The notes under the pieces were generated by a model. That model ran no database searches and had not been told where the DNA came from. It saw only the letters and a program-made list of their open reading frames with translations. Of a DNA stretch of 64,000 nt, positions 30,634 to 44,869 are shown piece after piece (position 1 is the first letter of the stretch; each line of letters starts with the position of its first letter). Origin of the DNA: Azolla caroliniana (taxonomy: Eukaryota > Plantae > Polypodiophyta). The position numbers and the translations under genes were made by a program. The stretch covers positions 1,674,001 through 1,738,000 of the forward strand of contig JBHGNT010000010.1 of NCBI GenBank assembly GCA_043228905.1. The letters run 5' to 3'.

Positions 30634-31869
30634 TTCGGAGATGTGGACATGGAGACACCAACGCCTATGTGTGCTAGATGATCAAGAGGTAGCATTACTC
30701 CAAAGGTTTGACCAAGCATAATCGGCAGACTTGTGACCAAAGGATTCTGCAGAAGTTTTTTTTTCATTCCATACAAATATCTAGCACTTTTTGGATCCAA
30801 TCACCTTACATTTTGAGCTTAGCTTTTATAAAATTTGATCCAATACTAGTGAAAAAAAACACACTTCATTTGCTAAATGGTTTTGCTTTTATAGTGTAAC
30901 ACACCTCTCCCTAATATTATTGGCAGTATCAAAAGTGTTTTACTTGGATCTTTTCGCATTTTCTCTATTTATTTACCTCGTAAGGATGATAATAAATCTA
31001 TTATCAATCAAGCTATGTTTCAAGTTGTGATTTTGTTTTATTTGTACTCGGCAATAGGATGTAGGAGCGTTTCGCAATGCAAGAAATTACAGGACACGTG
31101 TTTTCCTACACATGTTATCAATGCCTAGAGTGAAATGTTTGACTATACTTTCTCCTGTATTAATATTTGAGTTTGTCTTCTTACTTTGTCTTCTTTCTTT
31201 ACTCTCATACTATGCTAGTTTCTTCATATAAAAGAGTATCTGATGTATTTGAGGGTTAACCAAGTTATTATACTACTTTTTTGAAATTCCTTAACAATAT
31301 CTTGTTCTTATCAAAATTTCCCTCCTTGATTCTCTTTTTCAAAATCATAGAGAAAGAAGCAAGTTCCAAAGAGATATCAGAGAACTTGTGAATGATTGTC
31401 AAAGTATTTTTCAAATTTTAAAAAATGTCGTATTTTGGGAATTTTGTGAAAATGAGGATGTTTAGGAAAATAAAATTCAAATCATCTTTGGGCATTGTCA
31501 TGTGAGACAAGTTGTAAACTTATGGAGGGTGATATGGGCGCCACTCACCAATGGCCTATGAGAGAGTTCATTCATACACAACACCTCTCTTTTGATCATT
31601 TTATAACTCCACTACAATCTATACTCCACCCTTTTGTCTCTAGATCTAGCATGTGCATTTTTTTCCTTTTTGTAGGGCATTACCTGTTGCCACTACCATA
31701 ACGAAATATGTGATTTTGGCCTTTCATGTAGATGCTAGGACGTTTCATTTCATTTCTATCCCAAAATATCTACCATATCATACTAACTTTTGTGTAGATG
31801 ATGCAAGGTATGCATTTTGCATACTTAGGTATGAAAGTAATTGCAAATTATGTGAAGGACAGAGCGAAC

Positions 31870-32120
31870 TCAATATTTATGTTGATGACATAATCTTTTT
31901 CTTTGAAACTCATGTGACTCTACACCATCTCAATGTGCTAGATGGTTTTGTCGCTAAAAACAACTTGCAAACCTAGGAAAGAAAAAGGCAAGATCTTCCA
32001 CCCATCAACACTAACTTCTTAGCAAGTTGAAGCAGTGGATTCCTATGCATATGTAGGAGTCACATTTACAAGCACAAAGGTACGCTTCTCTATAAGCCAA
32101 GGTGCCAAAGGTTGACTCGA
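31870..32120 (+). mobile_element. Degenerate non-LTR retrotransposon (LINE) reverse-transcriptase fragment
   Basis: IYVDDIIFFFETH...LHHLNVLDGF is YADD-like. A frameshifted VEAVDSYAYVGVTF follows, resembling the Y.YLG motif of LINE RT domain 7. Confidence 0.6.
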
Positions 32121-33268
32121 TTGTGAGAATCTTATAGTAAGGTCACTTTGGTGAAAATACACAATGATACTAATTGCATGTGATAAGCACTACAATGGTG
32201 TTGCAACTAATTGAATGTTGTTGTCCCATAGGCAAAGCCACCTATTGATTGACTAGATAGCTTTCAGTTGTTGTAATCAACAAAATTGCCAGCACAATAC
32301 TCCCCTTGAACTTCCATAGGTGTGAATATCCCGTCTATGAAGAAATCCCCATTATCTCAAAAACAAAAAAGGCAAACATTTCTTAGTTCAAGACAAGCTA
32401 CCTTAACAAATACGCCAAATTTAAGAAATGTAACCCAAATTATGATGAACAACTAGAGATCATGCGAAGTTGTTAGAGCTAGTGCACAATCGATTAAATT
32501 CTCAATTTCAACATTTATCAGTAAAAGTCTTGAACACCAAGAGTCACTACTCAACTCCACGTAGGTCATACGCTTTACTCTAGCGACAATAAAAAGAAAC
32601 CCATCCATCTCTGTACTCCCAAGTAAGATGCTTTCTCCAAAGATAGATACAAAGCCATAGTCGGGAAGACTTGGAGGCTGGAGTCGCTGCGATCGAGGTG
32701 GTGCGACTCATCCGAGTCTGGGATGGAGGTGGTGTGGCGTAAACACAACTAGTCGAACTAGCCTTCCACCAGTTTAGTGTTACATACCAAGGGTCAGTCA
32801 GCTTCGAATTTCCCGAACAGGAACAAGCAGAGAAAGGAGTGAAATGTGGCCGCCCCGTTCGGTTCTCGCAAGGCATCTATTTGCAAAAGACTCTCTTCTC
32901 TTTTCTTCTCTCTTCTTCTTCTCTCTTCTTCTTCTCTTTTTCATCATGTGTGAATGAAGTGTTGAAGTTATTAGTTGACCTTTTGTTGCGTCTTTAGAGT
33001 ATGGAAGGGACACAAACAAACAAACAGAGACAGAGACAGAAACAGAGTATCATATAAACAAACACATCTGAGACTGAAACTCAGAGAGAAACAGAGCATC
33101 ATATAAACTACCCATTTGAACTAAAAACAGAGTATCAAAAGCAAATCCTCCCTTGTCTCTCGCATTGAAGAGATCCCTCCGCACAGAGGCAGTGACAGAG
33201 GCACAGGCACAGGCACAGGCACAGAGAAGAAGCAGAGAGGGGTGCAGAAGGACAAAGAAAAATACTAC

Positions 33269-36200
33269 ATGGCTTGTCGAAGATTAGGCCCCCACCTGTT
33301 TAAGACGAATCGTCAAATTCTCTCTGATCAGATCCGAGCCGACCCTGGCTTCCCTCGGAGATCCATCACATACATGCCACGTCCTGGCGACGGATCTCCT
33401 CGTGCCGTTACCCTCATCCCCGGAGATGGCATCGGACCTCTTGTCACGGATGCAGTTGTCCAGGTAATGAAAGCTATGCATGCTCCTCTCTATTTCGAAA
33501 CATACGAGGTGAGTGGGAAGATGAATAGTGTCCCTCAAGAGGTTCTTGACTCTATCAAGAAGAATAAGGTCTGCTTGAAAGGAGGTTTGGCTACCCCTGT
33601 TGGTGGTGGTGTGAGCTCCCTGAATGTTCAGATAAGGAAAGAACTCGATCTTTATGCTTCCCTTGTTCATTGCTTCAATCTACCTGGACTCGAAACTCGA
33701 CATCATGATGTTGATATCGTTGTTATAAGAGAGAATACGGAGGGTGAATACTCTGGACTTGAACATGAAGTCGTATCTGGTGTTGTTGAAAGCCTTAAGG
33801 TACACATCTATTACTTTCCGCCGAACTTTATTGACCTGTACAATTTTTGTATGCTCAGACACTTATGCCATCATCTTTTAATGTAGTAGTGCAGAACAAG
33901 TACATTCATTTATTTTAATATAGTAGTGAAGAGCAACACTATTGTAATGCCTGTTATTGAAAGAATTAATGTAACTCTGAGTTCTGACATATTTCTTCAT
34001 ACTTTTGATGCTTGTATCTGAGTGTGTTAATAGTTTACCTGTGCATCATCCAAAGAATATCTGCTTCAATTACAATTGTGCAATTGTCAAAATAATATTG
34101 TGAGACAATTACAAGATATGCTATTGAAAGCTGAAAGGATATATTCAGTTCCTATATCTGCTACCTACTTTTGATGCATATACATGAGGATCTTCTGTTA
34201 GTTCTGCATCATCGATTGGTTTTACTGAATATATTTAATAATAGTGAAATCACAAGAAAAGTTAATGTTGTGAGCAAAATTTAAAGAGGATTTACTTGGA
34301 TGCTCATACGAACAATGCAAAGAAAGATAAAATTTCCAGAAGGATTTACTGGTGTGAAAGTTTGGGGCCTTGTAGCCCAGCTGCTTTTCAAGATACTAAA
34401 AATTTATTTGAAGCTTATTCCTGGTTTAGTGATTAAAAGAAAGAAGTCTCAGGAAAATCTTTCAATGTTGTCTAATAAAAAAACACGATTCAAAAAGCTA
34501 GGAATAGTACAATATCTGAGTCATCTAACTAAATATTTAGTTCATTTATCAGATCTGAGTATGGATGAATATCGGAAATTTCAACATTTTGGTTTAAATA
34601 TTTACAACATTTTGGTTTAACTAACGTATTGTAATAACAAAATTTTCATATCTCTGAATCATATTGGGATTAGAAACTTGCACATATGAAAAAAAAATCG
34701 AATTATAAAAGTTAACCTGGTCAAAGTCTGCACAATAGTTAACCTGAGATGAATTCTGGCTCCATGCCAAATGCACATGTTGTAATATCTGATATGCACA
34801 TCAATGCTGATCCCTGATAATTCATATTTAACTAGATACCTATATCAGCATATTTCCAGCTGTCTTCTTATTGCTTTATCTTGCTAGGTGATCACAAAGT
34901 TCTGCTCCGAACGGATTGCCAAGTATGCGTTTGAGTATGCCTATTTAAACAATCGAAAGACAGTTACAGCTGTACACAAGGCCAACATCATGAAGCTAGC
35001 TGATGGTCTTTTCTTGGAATCATGTCGGGAAGTGGCGAAGAAGTATCCAGGGATAAAGTACAACGAGATGATTGTGGATAACTGTTCTATGCAGCTTGTA
35101 TCACGTCCACAGCAGTTTGATGTGATGGTACGTTCCTTGCTGTGCCCTGTATGTGTGTGTATGTATGTATGTATGTATGTATGTGGGGTATGTGTGTGTA
35201 GACATCATTTCTTAAATTTAGCTCTCTATAAGGTACCAAAAAATGTAGAATCAGTCATTTAATTGTCAGATTGTGCTTTTGTCAAGTTATTTCCTGCATT
35301 GAGAGGAGGGTGGTTAGAGTCAAAAGGATTTATACCATTTATTGATTCTGGGCTGACAAAGGTTATTGCATTCCTGATGGCAAAATTTATTATATTATTC
35401 AATCAAAGCTCTCATAAGTCAAATATAAGATATCCACATTCTTGCATATTCCTATCCACATTTCCTTGATTGCATTTTGATAGTCCGTATGGTCTCATGA
35501 TCCTTATCAATTACATCTCTAACCCTGCAGCATTGTTTCACGTAGAGAGATATGTGCATATCACACACTGCTTATAAATAGTAGACTTATTTATGCATAC
35601 ATGTCGAAAGTGAACTAACATATTGAAATTATACATTTAAATAGTTATTGTTAGTCTCTTTTAAGTGGGTCATTTTTCCTTCGGTTCATGGTAATTGGCT
35701 TATTGTGAACTATTACCAGGTTACACCGAACTTGTATGGGAACCTTGTAGCAAACATTGCAGCTGGTATAGCTGGTGGAACTGGGGTAATGCCTGGAGGT
35801 AAGTGCTCTAAATCTATGGCTATCATGTGTAATCTGCATTACATATAGCTATGGCTATCATGTGTAATCTGCATTATATATAGCTATGGCATGCACATTT
35901 TCTATCGCAGCTTTGTTTACTGATGTTCCTATTTATCCATTGGTTTACCTTTTGAAGGTCTATATATTCTTCAGTTTAGGTTTAATTGCCTCATATTTTT
36001 TGAGTTGTGATGTTTTGGTGTTAAATTGCTGGTCTTTTATTTTCCACCTTTATGAATATCTCATCATTATATATGAAAATTGTGTGAATTGGCAGGTAAT
36101 GTAGGTGCAGAACACGCTGTTTTTGAGCAGGGTGCTTCAGGTGGTAATGTTGGAAATGAGAAGCTGGTTGTACAGAAGCGAGCAAACCCTATAGCATTGC

Positions 36201-36370
36201 TGCTGTCATCTTCTATGCTTCTCAGGCATTTGCAATTCCCTTCTTTTGCTGATAGACTGGATCAAGCTGTGATGGGTGTGATCAAAGATGGTGTTCATCG
36301 TACAAAAGATCTTGGTGGAACTAGCTCTACTCAGCAGGTGGTTGATGCAGTTATTGAGAAGTTGGATTGA
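33269..36370 (+). CDS. IDH1: Mitochondrial NAD-dependent isocitrate dehydrogenase, regulatory subunit, 4 exons (33269-33799, 34888-35127, 35720-35798, 36096-36370)
   Basis: [82 protein letters not shown] and [30 protein letters not shown] match the plant regulatory-subunit pattern. The N-terminus is an Arg-rich presequence. The symbol denotes the IDH1/2/3 class. Confidence 0.93.
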
Positions 36371-38334
36371 CAAGATAACTAACTTGATGTGGATCATAAG
36401 AAGCAACTCCATTTTTTGGTGGTTCTGTGTAACATTCACGAATTGCATGTACTGACAAGTATAATGCTACCATAGAATAACTCCACTCCATGTATAGTAG
36501 GAAATGAAGTTTTTGAAGGATCTTCCTATCAGGATCTTCTTCTTTGAATAATTTGATAACGGCACTCTTGTGCTTTGCAGTTAATTTTGGATTAAGCCTC
36601 AGCTTAATTTTAACAAAAGGGAATAATACTCAATTTCCATGTTTTCTTTTTGGTATCAGAATCATTATGAATTAAACGAATTTTAATTGAAGGAAATAAT
36701 ATTCAATTGCAACATATTTATCAGAAGCGTTCATTAGGTGGTACTTATCATACACAATACCCTGGTGTGTAACAAAAGAATGCACACAGGACCAAGCAAC
36801 CTTCAAATTTTTCGCATACAACTACTTTGTGTTACTAATTCTAGGCTAAAAATGTTGAAAGGTTGGTTTTATAGCAGTCCTGTGGCAGATGAATAAGTTA
36901 TTTTGTAGGAAAGGCTGTTGACTCTAAGTCTATTAGATGGAGTGGATGATGGTGAACATAAATGCTTCTAGTGAAATATGCCTGAATTTTCAATGGTGAA
37001 CATTTAGTGAATTGTTAAAAGAGTGAGTGCTATTATAGAGTAATGTCTATTACAGTACGATGACTCTTTTTACTCACGCTTATTTTCAAAGTTTGCATGG
37101 ATTGCATAATGCCTTTTTCATGGGAGGTGGTTACTTATCGCTTGTTGGAATGGACCACTGCATTGAAATGATGAATAGATTTTGACCTTTTGTACTTAGC
37201 TCCTTCATATCTAGTCAGTGTAGATGTACTCCAATCTCTACATCAGTGGGGGTTATATGTGCGCAGTAATTGATTGTTTGTGCAATTCTTAACTTCACAC
37301 CATGGTGAGCATCATTTCTATTTACACTGCAATTGCTTGCTTGTGAAGTGCAAGTCAATCTTATAAATTATAAAAGCTAAAAATTTAATAAATAGAAAGC
37401 TCTACAATCATGTGTATTAGCCACTCCCCAACTGGACTATAGTGGTCATGCAAGGAACGGAAGTTATATAAGCAGATATGGTGTACTGAGTACCTGCATG
37501 GGACCATGTGATGGGTGAAGATCATAAATAAGATACAGAATATGCAAGTAAGCAGATATGGCTTATTAATATGCCATAATATAGAGAGAGACAATGTGAT
37601 GGGTGGAGATGAGAAATGAGATGGCAAAATCGCCGAGAATCCTAAGAGATCAGAGATGAGATCATATATTAATGTACCCAAAGAGGTCTCATATTAATGC
37701 ATCCTTATTGAAGCTATAATGTAATTTAGTAATCGATGATGTGCAAGGCGAACATATTCAATCAATAAAAGAACGCAATGAATGATTAGGATGTAATCAA
37801 CAATGTTTAGAGAGAGAGACAACAACAGTTGTAGCTACCAGTACAGAAGTGTCTCGTACATTTTCACTATTTTTGAGCAGGCCATGGTCTCTTGTGTCAA
37901 CTTTTAATAGTAATACAACTTTACATTTTGTCTTGAAATGTAGAGGTTCAAAGACCCATAAATTTGTATTAGGTTTGTATATAGCTGAAGTAGACTTGTG
38001 TTTCACATTTACATGGCAGGAGTTGTGAAGAGTGACTTGACTGTACAAGGGTTCTACAAGAAAATTGATCTTGAAAAAAATATGAAAGAACAAGAGATGC
38101 TGATTGTAGTTAGAGAACCCCTTTCATTTTACCCAATCATGCCATGGTTGATTAGCATTACCCACATGATTCAGGCCTACCATCATGTTCTCAAACTGTA
38201 TTGCCTCTGCACAGGTTTCTAAGGCATTGGCAGAGATACAGGATTTGGCTGAAACAATTAAATTGTTGTATATCTATAAATATGTATATATATGTTCTCT
38301 TCGCAAAGGAAATTAAGGAAGAAGAATTCGATAG

Positions 38335-41300
38335 TCAAGGTGGAGGAGCAAAAAAGAATCGTTCCTCCAAGTATGAAATTAGTTGCTCCGCCATTTCAGA
38401 TGGTGTTGGGCATCTTCCTTCTACTGTTGGCTCCATCACAATCTCACAATTGGAGGGAGGCTCATATGGGTCATCGATTCCAGTGAAACCTATATATAAT
38501 AGCACAAGTATGCCCAAGATGTACTAATATTTTATAGAGAGCAGTGCAAGTCATTCAAAAAGAGAACTAAATTTTCATAATGAAGTATGCATTTCATTTC
38601 TGTTTCAAACAATATGCTGAGTTTTTTATATCCTACCTCTGATTTTGCCAGCCCGAGCAAGCTTATAAAGACCCTTGGGATCCCGCTCCTCACACAGTTG
38701 TAATGGAAAATTCATGTATACCTACAGTGATATGAATATCAGTAATTATTAGCACTACAATTGGATAGTATGGAACTTGTATTTATGCTATGATCTTTCG
38801 GAACCATGTATCTCAGGAGGCACTCAGAATAATTCACATCTCAATGCTATGACATCTAGAATCATCATTAAAAAAGACAGTACATGGATAATAAAGCATA
38901 GCTTTCGGCATTGACTTAAATGGCTTAATCATTAGCAGACACATTGTTATGTCCCCAGACATCAGGATGGGCCATTACAGCGTCCGGACTATTGCCAAAG
39001 ATCCATAATAAAAATATTGAGTTGGATCTCCTGTGAATAAACACACATAGTTGAGTAAATGCTTATGAGACCCTAATTTTGATCATTGAGTGATTGCCAC
39101 TCTCCTACTCTTGTGGCAAAGATTGCCTCTATAGCTGAAAGGCAAACGTAATGTTCACCCCATTGGACTTTCTTTTGAATTTGTCTCATTTAATATTATG
39201 TGTGGAGTGAGATGCTGGAGAGGTGAAATCAGACATGAGGTAAAATAAGGATTCCCAATTTCTCTTCATTCATCCTACCCTAATGCCTTCATGAAAAAGG
39301 ATTTCTATTTGCTGTACACAATGAGCCTTAAGAGTTTAAAGTGTTTTCAATGTTATTGTATGTTGTGATCTACACTCACACAAATATATTTCCATGCATT
39401 ATATTCTGCATTGTCACCCCTCACTTCCCATTCCCTCCCACCATCATTCTTCTTTTCACCATTTATTGGCAACCATTCATACAGCCAATGAATGGGTAGC
39501 AATAAATCTCATCTCGAAAATAATCTGCAATAAACGAATCTCATCTTGAAATTTGGTCTCAGCACTCAGGTTTACAGGCAACAAGGACATGACTCACAAA
39601 GATAGGCATTCATATTTGAAATTTATATCATGTGGAACCTTCAAAGAAGGGTTATACAAATTAAAACGAATCCAGGGATCCATTAGAAGCGTAGCATGCG
39701 CAGAATCCTTTAAAATACTAGCATGCAAATCATAACATGACTAAATAAACAATGTAGCTTTTCTTACCATATGATAACCAGATGGTGATTGTCATCAGAA
39801 GATGTTTACCTCAATAAATTCCCCTTCTTCCAAAAGCTTGCGGCATGCATCCCTATCTTTTCTATATGGTGAAATCAAACTGGCAATGCAGATTATCCCT
39901 GCATCAACAAAAAGCTTGGCGACTTCCCCTGTCGAATGAAGATAGGAACATGTCAAATGCAGATGAATCATTATGGCATCATTTGGGAGAATACGCAATA
40001 CACGTGATGGCATATACATAAAGAGAGGGGTGAAAGGACATTATCTTACCAACACGTCGGATATTTTCAGTGCGATCCTCTGCAGAGAAACCCAAATTAT
40101 TATTGAGCCCATGCCGTAGATTATCACCATCTAGTATGTAGCTTAGCTTCCCTCTATCCATAAGAGCATGCTCAAATGCACAAGCCAAAGTACTCTTTCC
40201 TGAAACAACAATAACTTTTTGAGCTGCAGCCGCATATCTCTTGGAACTCAATTTATTTGAATGAGCACATGCTTAAATAAAATTAATGAAGGAAGAAAAG
40301 AAAATTGCAGACTCAAGATTAAAGACAGTTTAAACCATACTAAATATGCAAATGAAGTCTACAATATGAGAACTTCCCAACTGAATGTTACTTATGAGCA
40401 AACGGAACAATAGGATATGGAATCACCACAGTTATCATTTGATAACAGTCAAAATTCACCAGTAGTAAACAGGGATTAAAAATGAGCATTAATAGCAGAA
40501 AAATGTGTCCACAGTACATTTGCAATATCGCAATACATTTCCATATGTTTGCAATGCATTGCATGATACCACTTATTTTACAATATATTGATCCAAATCA
40601 TCCATACTTCCTTGATTGAAGAGACATTGCAGAATGGGCTGTAGGTGGGTGCATATATTTCATTGTTATTTGAAGTTGTTATTCACTATTGGTGGATTAC
40701 TATGACTCATCAAAAGCACAATTTATTTTAGGGCTGAAAGTAGATTTGTGCACTTTGCAAACTAAAGTCTAGCAATGCTTTGATTTGCAGCAGTGCAACT
40801 TTATTTTCAGATTTGTTAACCCTTTCAATGGAGGTCTCAGGTTCCTATGGAAATTTTGGGCCAAATGTAGAAGAACAAGGAGATGAGATTTATCCGAATA
40901 TTGGAGACGTTTTTCCTTTTAAGTTAGTAGAGAGCATATCGGTGATCTTTGATTTCCCCAACGCAGATCATGAATATGAAAAATAGCTTGGCACTTGCAT
41001 TTGAAGGCTTGCCTATGAAATGCATCATGAGAGAAGATTTAAGACAGAGAATGCTCACAAGACTCGACCATAGCGTGATTTTACTTTTCATCATGCATAA
41101 AGACATAAGAGAAATAGGGAAAAATAGCTAAAATATAAGAGAATAACTGGGACATATATTCTCTCTATGGTGAGCATTTACTTCAGACGATCAGTTTTCT
41201 GTCTTTGAATTGGATTTGATTGACCAATTTTGTTTGATTGGAGGTTGATCTTCTGAATTCTAATTCCTTTTATCACCCATCAATGGCCAAGAACCTTCGT

Positions 41301-42390
41301 GGATATTCCAGTTCTGTTTGCATGTGTCCAAAACTTTGACCTGAGCTTCTCCATCAAGTGAGTTGTATGGCCAGTTTTCATGCCAGTCACAGCTAGCCTG
41401 AGTCCATCATCGACTTTAATCTGTTTATTTTGACTACACCTGCCTTTATTTGCTTACATATTGGACGCTGACACCAATTTCAACTATGAAATCTATTCCA
41501 ATTGAAATGTTAGCTGATCCACATATTAGCATCACCGAAATTTTCACTCCCGTTTACAAGATAAATTGTCCACAGTACAAGAAACCCTTCGGAGGTACAT
41601 AACCTTTGTATGCCTCTACTTTTTGGTCTTCTATATTAAAATCCTCGTAGCATATACAATATATTAAAGTAGTTCAGGAACATGGTTAGTTAGAGGAGGC
41701 TTCACTCCCAGACAGCTATTCGTCTTACCAAGTAGAGCCATGTTAATAATGACATTGCATTTATTTATTATAGCATCCATATGTCCCTTCTTTCCTCAAT
41801 TGAGTACTCTTATCATAGATTATCTTGCTTGAAGCATTTACCTTATATTACTAAGATATACCAAATAAGTTTCACTTCACTATGATTTTATGTGCATACA
41901 TACTAACAAATTTCATTATGATCCAAGTTGTATGCTAATAACAAACACATCATTCTGCTAAGACATTAAGATCACAACTAAATCTAAGGCAACTTCAATG
42001 AGATAGTGGTGACTACCTGATCCACTTAGTCCAGTGATCCAAACCACACAGCCTTTCTGACCGATTAGTTTTTGTCTTTCTGCTTTTTTTACCATGCATG
42101 TCTGCCAAACTATATTTGTGGACTTTCCAACGGTTATTGCTGGAGGATAGATTATACCTTCAAAATGTAACAAAGGTTCTGTTAAACATGGGTATCCTCA
42201 CTATGTACTCGTTCTTAACGTCAAGTTCATTAGAAATAAAAACAGGTTCCAGCCATAAAAGGGAAAACGGTGTTAAATTATCAAACAACAAATCATAACT
42301 CGTTTAAAAGAGGATTTTTTTATCAAAATTAATGCATCACTTTCATTGGTGACTTCGTATATATAATATAAATATACATACATACATACA

Positions 42391-42455
<65 letters not shown>

Positions 42456-43982
42456 GGAGAGGGAGAGGGAGAGGAGAAAACAGATACGTACATATGTATA
42501 AGCATGTGTATGATATAAATAGATAGATGTGTGTATATGGACCTTTAAGAGAAAAGTAATCTAGCTTACGAATTAAGTGTGTTAAGGTTATAGAATAGAA
42601 TGAGGGAGAGAAATGAAGGAGAATTGTTAGTTATGATTCATTGGAAAATCCCCTAGAGCCGGTCTTCTGCATGGTTTAAGCCTTGAATGCATCTGCATAT
42701 GATTAAAAGATTGATCTTTTAACATCAGCATGATACCAGTTGATGGGGAAGAAACTCCCCACTATTGTCTCTGCACTTACATGCTTACATGCAAGATTTC
42801 CCAAATTGATCTAGCCATCCAGATCCCAAGACTAGATGCCAGAGGCCTCTGCTTTTGCCAAGTCCTTTGCAATATTAGGCACCATGTAGCTGGAGATGGG
42901 AATCCATCCCAGCATTCTGTCTACCACTTGTGCACTTCACAAATTGGTATAGTCATGCAAATCCCAAAACCTTAAGGTGTTAGGAACCTCTGGTCTATAG
43001 CTATAACTTGATGAAACCTTACAACAACTTGGCACCACCTCAGAGTTAACTGGAGATGACGGTCCATCCCAATATTGCCTCTACAGTTGTGCACAAAAGA
43101 TTCCCCAATTTGGTCTTAACCATCCAGGTCCCAAAACCTGGAGGCTTTAAGGAACCTCGGATCTATAAGTAGCTTGAAACAACCTTACGGCAACTTCGCA
43201 CCACTTTAAAATTAACTGTAGATGTCAATCCGAGGCCCAAAGTAGCCAAATCTCACTCAAAAAACTGATTCGAACAGGCTGGATATCCGTGTGCTGCTTT
43301 CAATCAAGGAACATAGAAGATAATAAGAACGAATATTAGTATCTTTCTTTCCATCAAGTAAATGCAACATAGTAAGTTTGAATATCATTAACTTTCTCTT
43401 CTGTGTATGGATAAGCTCTCTCTGTAATGAAGTAAATGCAGACACATAAAAAGCCCCACTTCCATCAAGAAATTGCAGCATGTGAAGTTGAACAAAATTA
43501 ATATCGTTTAGTGGGAAGCCTATATCTATGTATGGCATACATGCGATGATGGTCATAAAGAGACACGTGCCTGGGATTGAGCTCACGTCCTTGTTGATGA
43601 CACCATTCGAGTTCGGTGCGATTCCAATGGCATTTGTGTTTACAGCTGCATTATCACTGGTAGTAATGGTTCTCTGGATCCTGTAAGAGCGATGGTGATG
43701 ACCTTGTTTGCGAGAAGGAGAAGGAGAAGAAGGAGAAGAAGAGGATTCATTAGATGGAGAAGCTTCGATGCTGGATTGAGCAAGATACAGATAAGAAGGG
43801 GAATGATGATAGGGTCTCATCTTGGTGATGAGAAGGAAGTGCAAAGCCTTGGGGATCTGGTACTGCAAGGCCTCAGGTGGAAGGCGAGCAGAGAATGCGC
43901 TTCCATAAGGATGAGGATGAGAAGATGAAACCCTAATTGTGGCACAGGAAGAGGAGGACTGTAAATGCTGGTGGGAAAGCAT
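38335..43982 (-). CDS. APK: Adenylyl-sulfate (APS) kinase with long Ser-rich, transit-peptide-like N-terminus, 6 exons (43982-43571, 42157-42017, 40199-40050, 39928-39810, 38721-38637, 38489-38335)
   Basis: [32 protein letters not shown] (P-loop), [59 protein letters not shown]. Exon phases are consistent if intron 1 uses a GC donor. Confidence 0.93.
42735..43225. repeat. Degenerate ~155-165-bp tandem repeat, about 3 units, in APK intron 1
   Basis: Recurring blocks GCACCA...CTGGAGATG...CCATCCCA...CCCAAAACCT...GGAACCTC. Confidence 0.6.
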
Positions 43983-44129
43983 GGTTCTTCCTTCCTTGGC
44001 TTTCTTTCTGAAGAAGAAGAAGAAGAAGAAGAAGAAGAAGAAAGTAGAGAATGATGGGCTTTCTTGCTACAACAGAAACCAAACAAAAAAGATGAAGAAA
44101 ATTTTATATATACATATACACAAGGATTT

Positions 44130-44424
44130 GTATGTATCATGTATGTATGTATGCATACATATACACTATACACAAGGATCAGGATTTGTATGTATGTATG
44201 TATGTATGTATGTATGTATATGTATGTATGTATCTATCATGTATGTCTGTATGCATATGTTTGTATGAGTGTACGCAAATATCTGTATGTATGCATATGT
44301 CTGTATGTCTGTCTATATGTATGCATATGTCTGTATGTCTGTCTATATGTATGCATATGTATGTATGTATGTATGCATATGTCTCTATGTATGCATATGT
44401 CTATATGTTTGTCTGTATGTATGC

Positions 44425-44455
<31 letters not shown>

Positions 44456-44565
44456 TTGTGTGTGCGTGTGCGTGTGTGCATGTTATGTTATGTATGCATG
44501 TCTGCATTGTATGTATGTATATATAGCATTCATGTATTTTATGTTATGTATGTATGTATGTATGT
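44130..44565. repeat. Large compound (TATG)n-type microsatellite in the APK upstream region
   Basis: Direct reading. It accounts for the spurious MYVC-rich ORFs. Confidence 0.95.
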
Positions 44566-44732
44566 ATTCTCCGACAAGTGTCAAAGACCCTGGATCTTGT
44601 TGTCGCAATGCTCACGGCCTATACATCCCATTTATATATGTCACGTGCTTCTCGCACACACCCACTGAGTCTCTCCCACGACCTTGGTCTAATGTTGCTT
44701 TTGTGGCATCATCATGCCTATACCCACAAACT

Positions 44733-44745
44733 GAGGACTATAGGT

Positions 44746-44778
<33 letters not shown>

Positions 44779-44803
44779 TTTCGATTATCAGTGAGGCCTA
44801 TAG

Positions 44804-44855
<52 letters not shown>

Positions 44856-44869
44856 TTTGATTATCAGTG
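44733..44869. repeat. Two-copy repeat GAGG(A/C)CTATAGGTAGA-(GA)n-GGTTT(C/T)GATTATCAGTG
   Basis: The two adjacent copies differ mainly in (GA)n length. Confidence 0.85.
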
